Assembly: GCA_001777015.1 (NCBI GenBank)
Contig: MFCV01000039.1
Span: 1-53,632 of the forward strand
DNA: 53,632 nt
Source: Candidatus Daviesbacteria bacterium RIFCSPHIGHO2_02_FULL_36_13
GTDB lineage: Bacteria > Patescibacteriota > Microgenomatia > Daviesbacterales > UBA10151
Direction of reading: 5' to 3'
Of the stretch, positions 26,545-35,458 are shown in pieces (positions within the stretch are counted from its first letter, which is position 1; every line of letters begins with the position of its first letter). Position numbers and translations under genes: made by a program. A model generated the notes under the pieces. That model made no database searches. It was not told the DNA's origin and saw nothing but the letters and a program-made list of their open reading frames with translations.

Positions 26545-27789
26545 GTGAATATTTTTGAAGGAGCTCTACAACATTTAAAAAAGGCAGCCAGACAAATAGA
26601 TTTAGAGGATGGAATATTAGCTCAACTAGAACAGCCTCAAAGAACTATTCAACTGAATTTCCCAATTATTTTGGATAATGGAAAAGTAGAGATAATAAGA
26701 GGATATAGAGTTCAATATAATAATTTCTTAGGTCCATATAAAGGAGGGCTTCGTTTTCATCCCAATGTTGATATGGATGAGGTAAAAGCCTTGGCTCTTT
26801 GGATGATGATAAAAAATGCCTTGATTAATGTTCCTTTCGGCGGAGGTAAAGGAGGGTTGGAGATTGATCCTAAAAATTTATCTGAAAAAGAATTAGAAAA
26901 GATTTCAAAAGGTTTTGCCAAAGCACTGGCTCCAAATATAGGACCCTTAATTGATGTACCTGCTCCTGATGTAAATACCAATTCCAAAATTATGGACTGG
27001 ATGGTTGAAGAATTAAATGGTAGAGAAAATTACTTAGCTTCTTTTACTGGAAAATCAATAGAAAATGGAGGATCTTTAGGAAGAGAAGAAGCAACGGGTT
27101 TAGGGGGAGTAATAGTTTTAGAAAAATTAATAGAGAAGCTAGGTTTTAAAAAACCTCTAACTGTGGCAATTCAGGGATTTGGAAACGTTGGTTCAAATAT
27201 TGCCAAAATATTAGACACTCGAGGATTTAAAGTTGTGGCAGTCTCTGATGTTAAAGGGGGAATATATAATGCCGGAAGAGAAGGATTTAATATTGATCTT
27301 GTCAGAGAATGTAAATTGGAAAAAGGATTATTGGCGGGGTGTTACTGTATTGGGTCTGTATGTGATAGCGCAAAAAAAGTTGATGATGGAATCATTTCCA
27401 ACGAAGATCTATTAGAACTTGATGTCGATATTCTGATCCCAGCTGCAATGGAAAATGTGATAACTTCTAAAAATGCCAAAAATATCAAAGCCAAAATAGT
27501 CTTTGAAATGGCTAATGGTCCGGTTTCTTCTGAAGCTGATGGAATCTTAAATCAAAAAGGAATTTTAATAGTGCCTGATGTTTTAGCTAATTCGGGTGGT
27601 GTAACTGTTTCATATTTTGAATGGTATCAAAATATATACAAAGAAAAATGGGATTTAAAGAAAGTGAATTCTAAACTTAAAGAGAAAATGGAAAAGGCTT
27701 TTGAGGAAGTCTGGAAAATTTCCAAAGACAAAAAAGTAGACTTAAGAACAGCCGCTTATATATTAGCTCTTCAAAGATTGAATAAATAG
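26545..27789 (+). CDS. gdhA: Glu/Leu/Phe/Val dehydrogenase (glutamate dehydrogenase)
   Basis: GPYKGGLRF, GGGKGG, DVPAPD, QGFGNVG, NSGGVTVSYFEW. Confidence 0.93.
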   Translation: MNIFEGALQHLKKAARQIDLEDGILAQLEQPQRTIQLNFPIILDNGKVEIIRGYRVQYNNFLGPYKGGLRFHPNVDMDEVKALALWMMIKNALINVPFGGGKGGLEIDPKNLSEKELEKISKGFAKALAPNIGPLIDVPAPDVNTNSKIMDWMVEELNGRENYLASFTGKSIENGGSLGREEATGLGGVIVLEKLIEKLGFKKPLTVAIQGFGNVGSNIAKILDTRGFKVVAVSDVKGGIYNAGREGFNIDLVRECKLEKGLLAGCYCIGSVCDSAKKVDDGIISNEDLLELDVDILIPAAMENVITSKNAKNIKAKIVFEMANGPVSSEADGILNQKGILIVPDVLANSGGVTVSYFEWYQNIYKEKWDLKKVNSKLKEKMEKAFEEVWKISKDKKVDLRTAAYILALQRLNK

Positions 27790-28299
27790 GCCATTAAGTA
27801 ATTTTTTAAGCTGTATGGAAATTGCTACTGAAGCAAGCCCAGTTCCGAATCCTCCTAAGATATCCAAAGGATAGTGTACCCCTACAAAGATTCTGGAAAA
27901 TCCTATCCAGAGCATGAGAAATAGAAAAAGAGGAGTCCATTTGGATTTGTAATAACTATAAGCAAAAGCAATAACTGCTATTGTTGATGCGTGCCTTGAG
28001 GGAAATGATGCATCTTCATGCAAGTAAGATATTAAAGGTAGGATATCATAGGTAACAAAAGGTCTGGCCTCAAAAAAGAATATATGAATTGATTTAATAA
28101 TTACAACCATAATAGGGAAAGATATAAGAGTTAAAAGAAAAGCTTTTTTCTCAGAAACTTTACCCCTAAATGCTAACAGACAACTTAATCCAATTGCCAA
28201 ATAAATTAAAGATTCTGCACCAGAGATCATTAAATAATCTAAGATAGAATTTTTACCATTAAGGCCAAATATTAGGTGAAATAAGGAAATATTATCCAT
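27763..28299 (-). CDS. PAP2 phosphatase (undecaprenyl-diphosphatase-like)
   Basis: K......RP, SFPSRH, SRIFVGVHYPLD. Confidence 0.9.
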   Translation of the reverse strand: MDNISLFHLIFGLNGKNSILDYLMISGAESLIYLAIGLSCLLAFRGKVSEKKAFLLTLISFPIMVVIIKSIHIFFFEARPFVTYDILPLISYLHEDASFPSRHASTIAVIAFAYSYYKSKWTPLFLFLMLWIGFSRIFVGVHYPLDILGGFGTGLASVAISIQLKKLLNGLFIQSLKS

Positions 28300-28628
28300 A
28301 AACCGATTACCACAGAAGTTACAGCTGAAACTAAAACTGCTGCTGCCGAAATATCTTTAGCAAGTTTTGCCCCTGGGTGATTTGTTTGAATGACATGATC
28401 CACAACAGCTTCAACAGCAGTATTTGTTAATTCAACACAAATAACAAACCCGATAAGAAAGATAAGAATAATCCAATCCCCTCTGGAAACCTTAAGCAGA
28501 AAGGCAGTAATAATTACCAAAAGACCAGCTAGAAAGTGAAATTTTAAATTTGGTTCTTCTCTTAAAGCAGCCACTAATCCTTCAAAAGCAAACTTAAAAG
28601 ATAGTACATGAAACTTTTTTGTGTCCAT
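28272..28628 (-). CDS. dgkA: Diacylglycerol/undecaprenol kinase
   Basis: SFKFAFEG, EPN, ELTNTAVEAVVD, AKDISA. Confidence 0.92.
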   Translation of the reverse strand: MDTKKFHVLSFKFAFEGLVAALREEPNLKFHFLAGLLVIITAFLLKVSRGDWIILIFLIGFVICVELTNTAVEAVVDHVIQTNHPGAKLAKDISAAAVLVSAVTSVVIGLWIIFPYFT

Positions 28629-28657
28629 ACTATTATTAGTATATCATGCTATGATTC

Positions 28658-28686
28658 TTGACTTTAAGGCTAATTTTGAGTATATT
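28658..28686 (+). promoter_or_regulatory. purF promoter (apparently leaderless)
   Basis: TTGACT-17 nt-TATATT, ATG 5 nt later, no Shine-Dalgarno. Confidence 0.7.
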
Positions 28687-28691
28687 AAGCT

Positions 28692-30092
28692 ATGGGAACC
28701 GAAATTAAAGAAAAGTGCGGAATATTCGGTGTATACGGGAAAGACTTTCAGGCAGCCCGCTTAGTTCATCCAGGCCTTTGGGCACTTCAACACAGAGGTC
28801 AAGAATCTTCAGGAATTGCATCATCAGACGGTAAAAAGATTTATATTCACAAAGGTATGGGGTTAGTTGCTGCTGTTTTTGCAGAAGAAGATTTAAAAAA
28901 GCTAAAAGGATATTTGGCAATTGGTCACAACCGTTATTCAACATCAGGTGATTCTAAACTTGAACATGCCCAACCCGTTATAGAAAGACTTAAAAACGGA
29001 GAGTTAATTGCTGTGGCTCACAATGGTACTTTACCATCCACAAAAAAAATAGAAGAATTTTTAAAACAAAGAAAGATAAATATTTCTGGTGCAAACGATT
29101 CGGAGATGATTGCTAAAGCCGTAGGGATTTTTATGTCTGAAGGTAACTCTTTAGAGCAAGCAGTTAGAAAAGCATATCCGTTGTTTACTGGAGTGTTTTG
29201 TCTTCTTTTAATGGACAAAAGTAAAATTGTTGCAGTTAGGGATAGTTTTGGGATAAGACCTCTTAGTTTGGGTAGATTAAACGGGGGATTTGTAGTTGCG
29301 TCAGAAACTTGTGCGTTAGATATTATAGGGGCTGAATTTATTAGAGATATAAAGCCTGGCGAAATGGTAGTACTTCATGAAAAGGGTATTAAGAGTTTTC
29401 AACTTGAGAAGGGTCAAGAAAGATTGGATGTTTTTGAATTTGTTTACTTTGCAAGACCGGATAGTATCTTAATGGGTAGAAGTGTTGATCAAGTAAGACA
29501 AGATATGGGGGTGCAGCTTGCTAAAGAATTTAAGTTGAAGGCAGATGTTGTAGTACCGATACCTGATTCAGGAATTCCTGCTGCCTTAGGTTTTTCTAGA
29601 GAGTCAGGAATACCCTTTTATCCAGGGCTTATCAAAAATCGTTACATTCACAGAACATTCATTATGCCGGAACAACACGCTAGAAATCAGGGAGTAAAAT
29701 TAAAACTTAATCCATTAAAACATATTATAGAAGGAAAAATTGTCATACTGATTGATGATTCAATAGTTAGAGGAACTACATCGAAACAAATTATTGATAT
29801 GATAAAGTCTGCTGGAGCTAAAAAAATATACTTTTTAATTGCATCTCCTCCTTATAAATATCCGGACTTTTATGGAGTTGATACCCCAAAACAAACAGAT
29901 TTAATTGCAGCTAGAATGAGTGTTAAAGAAATCGAGAAGGAAATAGGTGTTGATTCATTGCACTATCTTTCTTATGCAGGACTCTTAAAGGCTATTGGAA
30001 TCTCTGAGGATTTACTTTGTACGTCATGTTTTACAGGGAATTATCCAGTTGATATTGGTGAAAGGGTAAAAGAAATTAAAAGAATTGATTAA
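28692..30092 (+). CDS. purF: Amidophosphoribosyltransferase
   Basis: Propeptide + CGIFG, LQHRGQES, GHNRYST, DDSIVRGTTS. Confidence 0.98.
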   Translation: MGTEIKEKCGIFGVYGKDFQAARLVHPGLWALQHRGQESSGIASSDGKKIYIHKGMGLVAAVFAEEDLKKLKGYLAIGHNRYSTSGDSKLEHAQPVIERLKNGELIAVAHNGTLPSTKKIEEFLKQRKINISGANDSEMIAKAVGIFMSEGNSLEQAVRKAYPLFTGVFCLLLMDKSKIVAVRDSFGIRPLSLGRLNGGFVVASETCALDIIGAEFIRDIKPGEMVVLHEKGIKSFQLEKGQERLDVFEFVYFARPDSILMGRSVDQVRQDMGVQLAKEFKLKADVVVPIPDSGIPAALGFSRESGIPFYPGLIKNRYIHRTFIMPEQHARNQGVKLKLNPLKHIIEGKIVILIDDSIVRGTTSKQIIDMIKSAGAKKIYFLIASPPYKYPDFYGVDTPKQTDLIAARMSVKEIEKEIGVDSLHYLSYAGLLKAIGISEDLLCTSCFTGNYPVDIGERVKEIKRID

Positions 30093-30095
30093 TTT

Positions 30096-30698
30096 ATGAA
30101 GAGGATTGCGGTACTAATTTCTAATAAAGGAACAGGTACTAACTTACAAGCAATCATTGACGGGGTAAAATCAGGAAAAATTCAAGCAGAAATAGTAGCT
30201 GTTATTTCAGATACAATTGATGCTTTGGGTTTAAGAAGAGCAAAAGAATTTAATATTCCAATTAAAATAGTTCCCGAAAAAGAAAATTTATTAAAAGTTC
30301 TAAAAGAAATAAATCCAGACTATATTTGTTTAGCTGGTTGGAAACAAATCATTTTGGATGAAGTAATAGATGCTTTTCCAAACAAAATTCTAAACACTCA
30401 TCCTGGTTTAATTCCTGACACAATGAATGGCATTGTTAAAAATCCTGATGGAACAAATGCAGTATGGAATAAAGGGAAGATGACTGCTAAAGCAATGCAG
30501 AATTTCCTGGATAGTAATGCAACATACGCCGGATGTACTAATCATTTTCTTTCTCAAGAGTTTGATTTTGGTCCAATACTTGGAAGATGCTTTGAAAAAA
30601 TTGAAGGAGGAGATACTGTTGAATCTTTATACCAAAGACTTAAGGTTAAAGAAAACCAACTATATGTTGATGTTTTAGAAAGGCTTTGTAATGAGTAA
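30096..30698 (+). CDS. purN: Phosphoribosylglycinamide formyltransferase
   Basis: GTGTNLQAI, LAGW, NTHPGLIP, FDFGPI. Confidence 0.93.
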   Translation: MKRIAVLISNKGTGTNLQAIIDGVKSGKIQAEIVAVISDTIDALGLRRAKEFNIPIKIVPEKENLLKVLKEINPDYICLAGWKQIILDEVIDAFPNKILNTHPGLIPDTMNGIVKNPDGTNAVWNKGKMTAKAMQNFLDSNATYAGCTNHFLSQEFDFGPILGRCFEKIEGGDTVESLYQRLKVKENQLYVDVLERLCNE

Positions 30699-32001
30699 TT
30701 TGAAAACCGTGTTAGTAATTGATGGAGGAGGAAGGGGTGCTGTTTTAGTTGATAAATATGGGCAGTCTCAATCAGTTGGAAGAATTCTAGTTGTGCCAGG
30801 AAATGATTTAATGGCGATTAATACAAGCAAAGATGTTATTACATACCCTAATTTAAAAACAACATCAATCAAGGAAATTTTAGAAATCGTAGAAAAAGAA
30901 GATGTTAATTTAGTAGATGTTGCACAAGATAATGCAGTAGAAGCAGGGTTAGTAAATGAATTAGAAAAATTAGGGATTGCAGTTATTGGCCCAACTAAAG
31001 AGGCCGGGCAAATAGAATGGGATAAAGCCTGGGCCAGAAATTTTATGAAAAAATACGGGATTCCTTCTCCGGAATATCATGTTTTTAATTCTGAAGAGGC
31101 GGGATTAGATTTTATTAAAAAGAACCCTGGGAAAAAATGGTTTATAAAAGCAGCAGGACTTGCTGAAGGAAAAGGAGTAATTCCTGCTGAAAATTTTAAT
31201 AAAGCAATTAAGGCAATAAAAGAAATGAGTAAATTTGGAAAGGCCGGTGAAACCTACCTCTTGGAAGAATGGTTAGAAGGGGAGGAGTTTTCTGCATTTG
31301 CTCTTTGTGACGGAGGAAGCTTTAAATTAGTAGGATGTGCTCAGGATCATAAAAGAGTTAATGACGGTGATAAGGGTTTAAATACGGGAGGAATGGGTTG
31401 TGTTTCCAATCCAAAAGTTGTCACAAAATATATTACTTCTCAGATTAATCAAATCTTCAAAAAAACAATTGAAGGATTGAACAATGAAAGAAGACCCTAT
31501 AAAGGAATTTTATATTTAGGAGGAATGGTTCTAGATAAAAAAGTTTCTGTTATTGAATTTAATGCCAGATGGGGAGATCCCGAAGCGCAAGTTATTTTGC
31601 CATCGATCCAAAATGATATCTATAAAGTTAGTATGGCAATTGTTTCAGAGAGTTTAAAGCAGCTAAAAATTAGAATTGATGAAAACACCAGAGTTGTTGT
31701 AGCGGGTACTTCAAAAGGTTATCCAGGTGATTATTCTAAGGTAAAAGGGAAAAAAGTTTTTGGAATAAGTGAAGTTCAAAAGATTGAAGGAATAAAGATT
31801 TATGGAGCTGGGATCAAAAAAAGTGAAAAAAATTGGGTAGTAAACGGAGGCAGAGTCTTATACATAGCAGGAGAAGGAAAAAATATTATTGATGCAAGAA
31901 AAAAAGCTTACGGGGCAATGGCATTAATTAGTATCGAAGGAAATAACTTACACTATAGATCTGACATAGGATTTCGGGATTTAGAAAGACTTCGAAAATG
32001 A
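30691..32001 (+). CDS. purD: Phosphoribosylamine--glycine ligase
   Basis: KAAGLAEGKGV, QDHKR, NTGGMG, EFNARWGDPE, YRSDIG. Confidence 0.97.
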   Translation: MSNLKTVLVIDGGGRGAVLVDKYGQSQSVGRILVVPGNDLMAINTSKDVITYPNLKTTSIKEILEIVEKEDVNLVDVAQDNAVEAGLVNELEKLGIAVIGPTKEAGQIEWDKAWARNFMKKYGIPSPEYHVFNSEEAGLDFIKKNPGKKWFIKAAGLAEGKGVIPAENFNKAIKAIKEMSKFGKAGETYLLEEWLEGEEFSAFALCDGGSFKLVGCAQDHKRVNDGDKGLNTGGMGCVSNPKVVTKYITSQINQIFKKTIEGLNNERRPYKGILYLGGMVLDKKVSVIEFNARWGDPEAQVILPSIQNDIYKVSMAIVSESLKQLKIRIDENTRVVVAGTSKGYPGDYSKVKGKKVFGISEVQKIEGIKIYGAGIKKSEKNWVVNGGRVLYIAGEGKNIIDARKKAYGAMALISIEGNNLHYRSDIGFRDLERLRK

Positions 32002-34682
32002 TACACAAAGTGAGGGTGGCACCAAGAAATTCAAAAATTGAAAAAAGAGATGCTTTTAAAAAAGTAAAAGTCTATAGATTAGAAGGAATTAGTTTGGAGG
32101 ATACAAAAATACTGGCAGAAAAAGTTTTATCAGAAGAATTAACTCAAATTTGCTCCATTGATAAGCAACTTGTTAAAGAAAAAGTGATAGAAGTTGCCTA
32201 CAAACCAGGAGTTATGAATCCTGAGGTTTCCTCAATAATGAAAGCTGCTTCCGATTTAGGAATTAAATTGCTTGCTGCTGACTCATCATATGAGTATGTT
32301 TTACCTATTAATCAGCATAATTTGTATAACCCTTTGACTGAATATATTATGGAGGAAGAACCAGAAACATTGGTGATCAAAGGAGTTCCAGGAAAAACTG
32401 AAATTGTTCCTCTTAGAAAAATGAATGAAGAGGAGTTATTGGAAATTTCAAAAGATAAACTATTTCTAAACAAAGATGAAATGAAAGTTATTCAAAATTA
32501 TTTTGAGGATTTAAAAAGAGATCCAACTGATTTAGAACTGGAAACTTTAGCACAAACCTGGAGTGAACATTGTGCACACAAAACTTTTAAGGCAAAAATA
32601 ATTTTAGATGGAAAGGAAAAGGAACCACTGTTTAAAAGATTAAAAGATGAAGCTTTAAAACATGACAAAAATATTGTTTCAGCATTTGTGGATAATGCTG
32701 GAGTGATGGATTTTTATGATGGATGGGCCATTAATGGAAAAGCTGAAACTCACAATGCTCCATCTGCAATTGAACCATATGGTGGAGCTATGACAGGGAG
32801 TGGTGGAGTTTTTAGAGATGTTGTAGCAACTGGCCAGGGAGCTAAAGCTGTTGTTTCAACAGATATATTCTGTCTTGCTGATCCTAATATGGATAAAGCT
32901 AAATTACCAGAAGGAACACTTCCACCGGACTATATCTTAAAAAGAGTTGTTGCAGCTGTACGGGATTACGGAAACAGAATTGGAATTCCAACCAATAATG
33001 GATCATTTCACTTTCATGATGATTTTAGAGCCAAGCCAATTGTTTTAGTTGGGGCATATGGAATTTTGCCTAAAGATAAAGCTCAAAAGGGAGAGCCAAG
33101 AATTGGTGATATAGCAGTTGTGATTGGAGGAAAAACAGGAAGAGATGGAATTCACGGAGCTACTTTTTCTTCGGGAGAAATGAGTGATAGAACAATTTCT
33201 GTTAATGCCACAGCAGTGCAAATTGGCAATGCTATTGAAGAAAAAATAACTTTTGATGCCATACTTGAAGCCCGTGATAAAAATTTAATAACAGCTGTGC
33301 AAGATCTAGGCGCTGGTGGATTTTCCTCAGCTATAGGTGAGATGGGAGAAATAACAGGAGTAACTGTGCATCTAGAAAAAGCGCCTTTAAAATATCAAGG
33401 CCTTTCTCCTTGGGAGATTTGGGTGTCAGAATCACAAGAGCGGATGTTAATAATTTTATCTCCAAACAATTTAAATGATTTTTTAAAAATTTGTAAAAAA
33501 TATAATGTTGAGGCTACAGAAATTGCTAAGTTTGATGGAACTAAAAGACTACAAGTTTTTTATGGAAAAGAAAAAGTAGGAGATTTGGACATGAAATTTC
33601 TATATGGAGGACTTCCTCAAAGAGTAATGAAGGCAATTTCTCCTCGTCATTCTGAACGAAGTGAAGAATATAATTTATATCCTTCGGCTATGCCTCAGGA
33701 TGACAATGGATGGATAAAGCTTTTGGAGAAAACATTATCATCTGGAGATGTAAATTCCAAGGAATCGATACTTAGATTATATGATCATAATGTTCAGGGA
33801 ACTAGTGCCTTGCCCCCATTTGTAGGAGTTGATATGGATGGACCAACAGATGCTGCAGTTATAAAACCCTTGCTTGATAAGCCTTATGGTTTAATTGTTT
33901 CTCATGGATTAAGTCCAAAGAAAACCTTAGAGGATTCCTATGAAGGAACTATTTGGTCTGCTACTGAGGCCATCAGTAATTATGCGGCAGTTGGGGGAGA
34001 TTATAAAGAAGCTTGCCTAATAAATAATTACATTTGGCCTTTCCCAGATCCACAGTGGCTTGGAAAATTAGATTCCTGTGTAGACGGCGTGGTTGATTTT
34101 ATGAAAGCTTTGAAAATCCCAGTTATTTCTGGAAAGGATAGTTTGTCTGCAACATACAGGTCTTCAGACGGAATTGTTTTACATAGTCCTCCAACGCTTG
34201 CTATGTCTGTTTTTGGAAAAATACCTGATGTTAAAAAAACAGTTTCTTCTGATTTTAAAAAAGTCGGGTCAGTTATTGTATTGGTAGGTAAGCAGGATAT
34301 ACGAGTTGATCTTAAGGTTTTACCGAAAGTGTTAGAGGCAATGTATAAGGCAATAAACACAGGAAAAGTTTTAGCCTCTCATGATATTTCAGAAGGGGGA
34401 CTTGTAACTGCTATTTTTGAGATGTGTGTTGGAGGAAATTGCGGAGCCTTTATAAAAGTAGAAAGTGGTGAATTACTTTTAGAAACTGCTGGATGTTTTA
34501 TTGTTGAAGTAGAAAATGAAGAAACTGCTAATGAATTATTTAAAGGAATACCTTACAAGATTTTGGGTACTACTACAAAAGATGAGAAGTTATCAGTTGA
34601 GGGATTATTCAGTGCAGATATGAAGCAATTACAAGAAGCATGGAGTAAACCAATGAAGGAGATATTCGGATGGAACAGGTGA
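31998..34682 (+). CDS. purL: FGAM synthase PurL with a fused N-terminal PurS-like region
   Basis: WSEHCAHK, KAETHN, GRDGIHGA, DLGAGG, SESQERM, HDISEGG. N-terminal YKPGVMNP. Confidence 0.95.
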   Translation: MIHKVRVAPRNSKIEKRDAFKKVKVYRLEGISLEDTKILAEKVLSEELTQICSIDKQLVKEKVIEVAYKPGVMNPEVSSIMKAASDLGIKLLAADSSYEYVLPINQHNLYNPLTEYIMEEEPETLVIKGVPGKTEIVPLRKMNEEELLEISKDKLFLNKDEMKVIQNYFEDLKRDPTDLELETLAQTWSEHCAHKTFKAKIILDGKEKEPLFKRLKDEALKHDKNIVSAFVDNAGVMDFYDGWAINGKAETHNAPSAIEPYGGAMTGSGGVFRDVVATGQGAKAVVSTDIFCLADPNMDKAKLPEGTLPPDYILKRVVAAVRDYGNRIGIPTNNGSFHFHDDFRAKPIVLVGAYGILPKDKAQKGEPRIGDIAVVIGGKTGRDGIHGATFSSGEMSDRTISVNATAVQIGNAIEEKITFDAILEARDKNLITAVQDLGAGGFSSAIGEMGEITGVTVHLEKAPLKYQGLSPWEIWVSESQERMLIILSPNNLNDFLKICKKYNVEATEIAKFDGTKRLQVFYGKEKVGDLDMKFLYGGLPQRVMKAISPRHSERSEEYNLYPSAMPQDDNGWIKLLEKTLSSGDVNSKESILRLYDHNVQGTSALPPFVGVDMDGPTDAAVIKPLLDKPYGLIVSHGLSPKKTLEDSYEGTIWSATEAISNYAAVGGDYKEACLINNYIWPFPDPQWLGKLDSCVDGVVDFMKALKIPVISGKDSLSATYRSSDGIVLHSPPTLAMSVFGKIPDVKKTVSSDFKKVGSVIVLVGKQDIRVDLKVLPKVLEAMYKAINTGKVLASHDISEGGLVTAIFEMCVGGNCGAFIKVESGELLLETAGCFIVEVENEETANELFKGIPYKILGTTTKDEKLSVEGLFSADMKQLQEAWSKPMKEIFGWNR
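33645..33705. repeat. CGTC-type REP doublet in frame in purL (encodes RHSERSEEYNLYPSAMPQDD)
   Basis: Inverted arms GTCATTCTGAACGAAGTGAAGAATAT and ATATCCTTCGGCTATGCCTCAGGATGAC. Confidence 0.85.
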
Positions 34683-35458
34683 AAGTTTGTATCCTACAAT
34701 CTGATGGGACTAATTGTGATAATGAACTCTTTTATGCATTTAAGAAAGTTGGGGGAAGTCCTGAGTTTGTACATGTTAATGAACTTAGAGACAAATCCAG
34801 AAGTTTGAAAGATTTTGATATCCTGGCTTTACCTGGAGGGTTTTCTTATGGAGATGATATTGCATCTGGAAAAATTTTAGCAATTGAACTTATTAGTTTT
34901 CTAAAAGCTGAGATAGAAAAATTTAAGAGTGGAGGAGGATTAATTATTGGGATTTGCAATGGATTTCAAACTCTTGTTAGGACAGGCCTTTTACCTTTCG
35001 GAAATTTAGGAAAAATGGATGCAACTTTAGATAATAATGACAGCGGGCATTTTGAATGTAGATGGATAGATCTAAAATCTGAAAAAAGTAAATGTGTATT
35101 TTTAAAAAATTCTTATAAAGGACATTTTGCAGTTAATCATGGAGAAGGAAAATTCTTTTCGCAACCTTCGGTTATTAAAAAAATTGAGGATCAAAATTTA
35201 GTAGTTTTTAGATATGTAGATGAGTCTGGAAATCCCACTCAAGAATATCCTGAAAATCCCAATGGATCTATAAATGCTATAGCTGGAGTAACAGATCCAA
35301 CAGGAAGAATATTGGGAATGATGCCACACCCGGAAAAATTTGTTGACAGCACTCAATATCCAAACTGGAGAAGAGAGACCCTTCGACAAGCTCAGGACAA
35401 GCCTCATGGGCTTTTTATCTTTGAAGATATGGTAAATTATGTTAAGGAGGATAAATGA
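34670..35458 (+). CDS. purQ: FGAM synthase glutaminase subunit
   Basis: GTNCD, PGGFSYGD, GICNGFQ, HGEG, NPNGS, MMPHPE. Confidence 0.97.
   Translation: MEQVKVCILQSDGTNCDNELFYAFKKVGGSPEFVHVNELRDKSRSLKDFDILALPGGFSYGDDIASGKILAIELISFLKAEIEKFKSGGGLIIGICNGFQTLVRTGLLPFGNLGKMDATLDNNDSGHFECRWIDLKSEKSKCVFLKNSYKGHFAVNHGEGKFFSQPSVIKKIEDQNLVVFRYVDESGNPTQEYPENPNGSINAIAGVTDPTGRILGMMPHPEKFVDSTQYPNWRRETLRQAQDKPHGLFIFEDMVNYVKEDK
35377..35401. repeat. REP-like hairpin in frame in purQ (encodes TLRQAQDK)
   Basis: GACCCTTCGACAAGCTCAGGACAAG, 23/25 identical to 572-596 but read in another frame. Confidence 0.85.
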
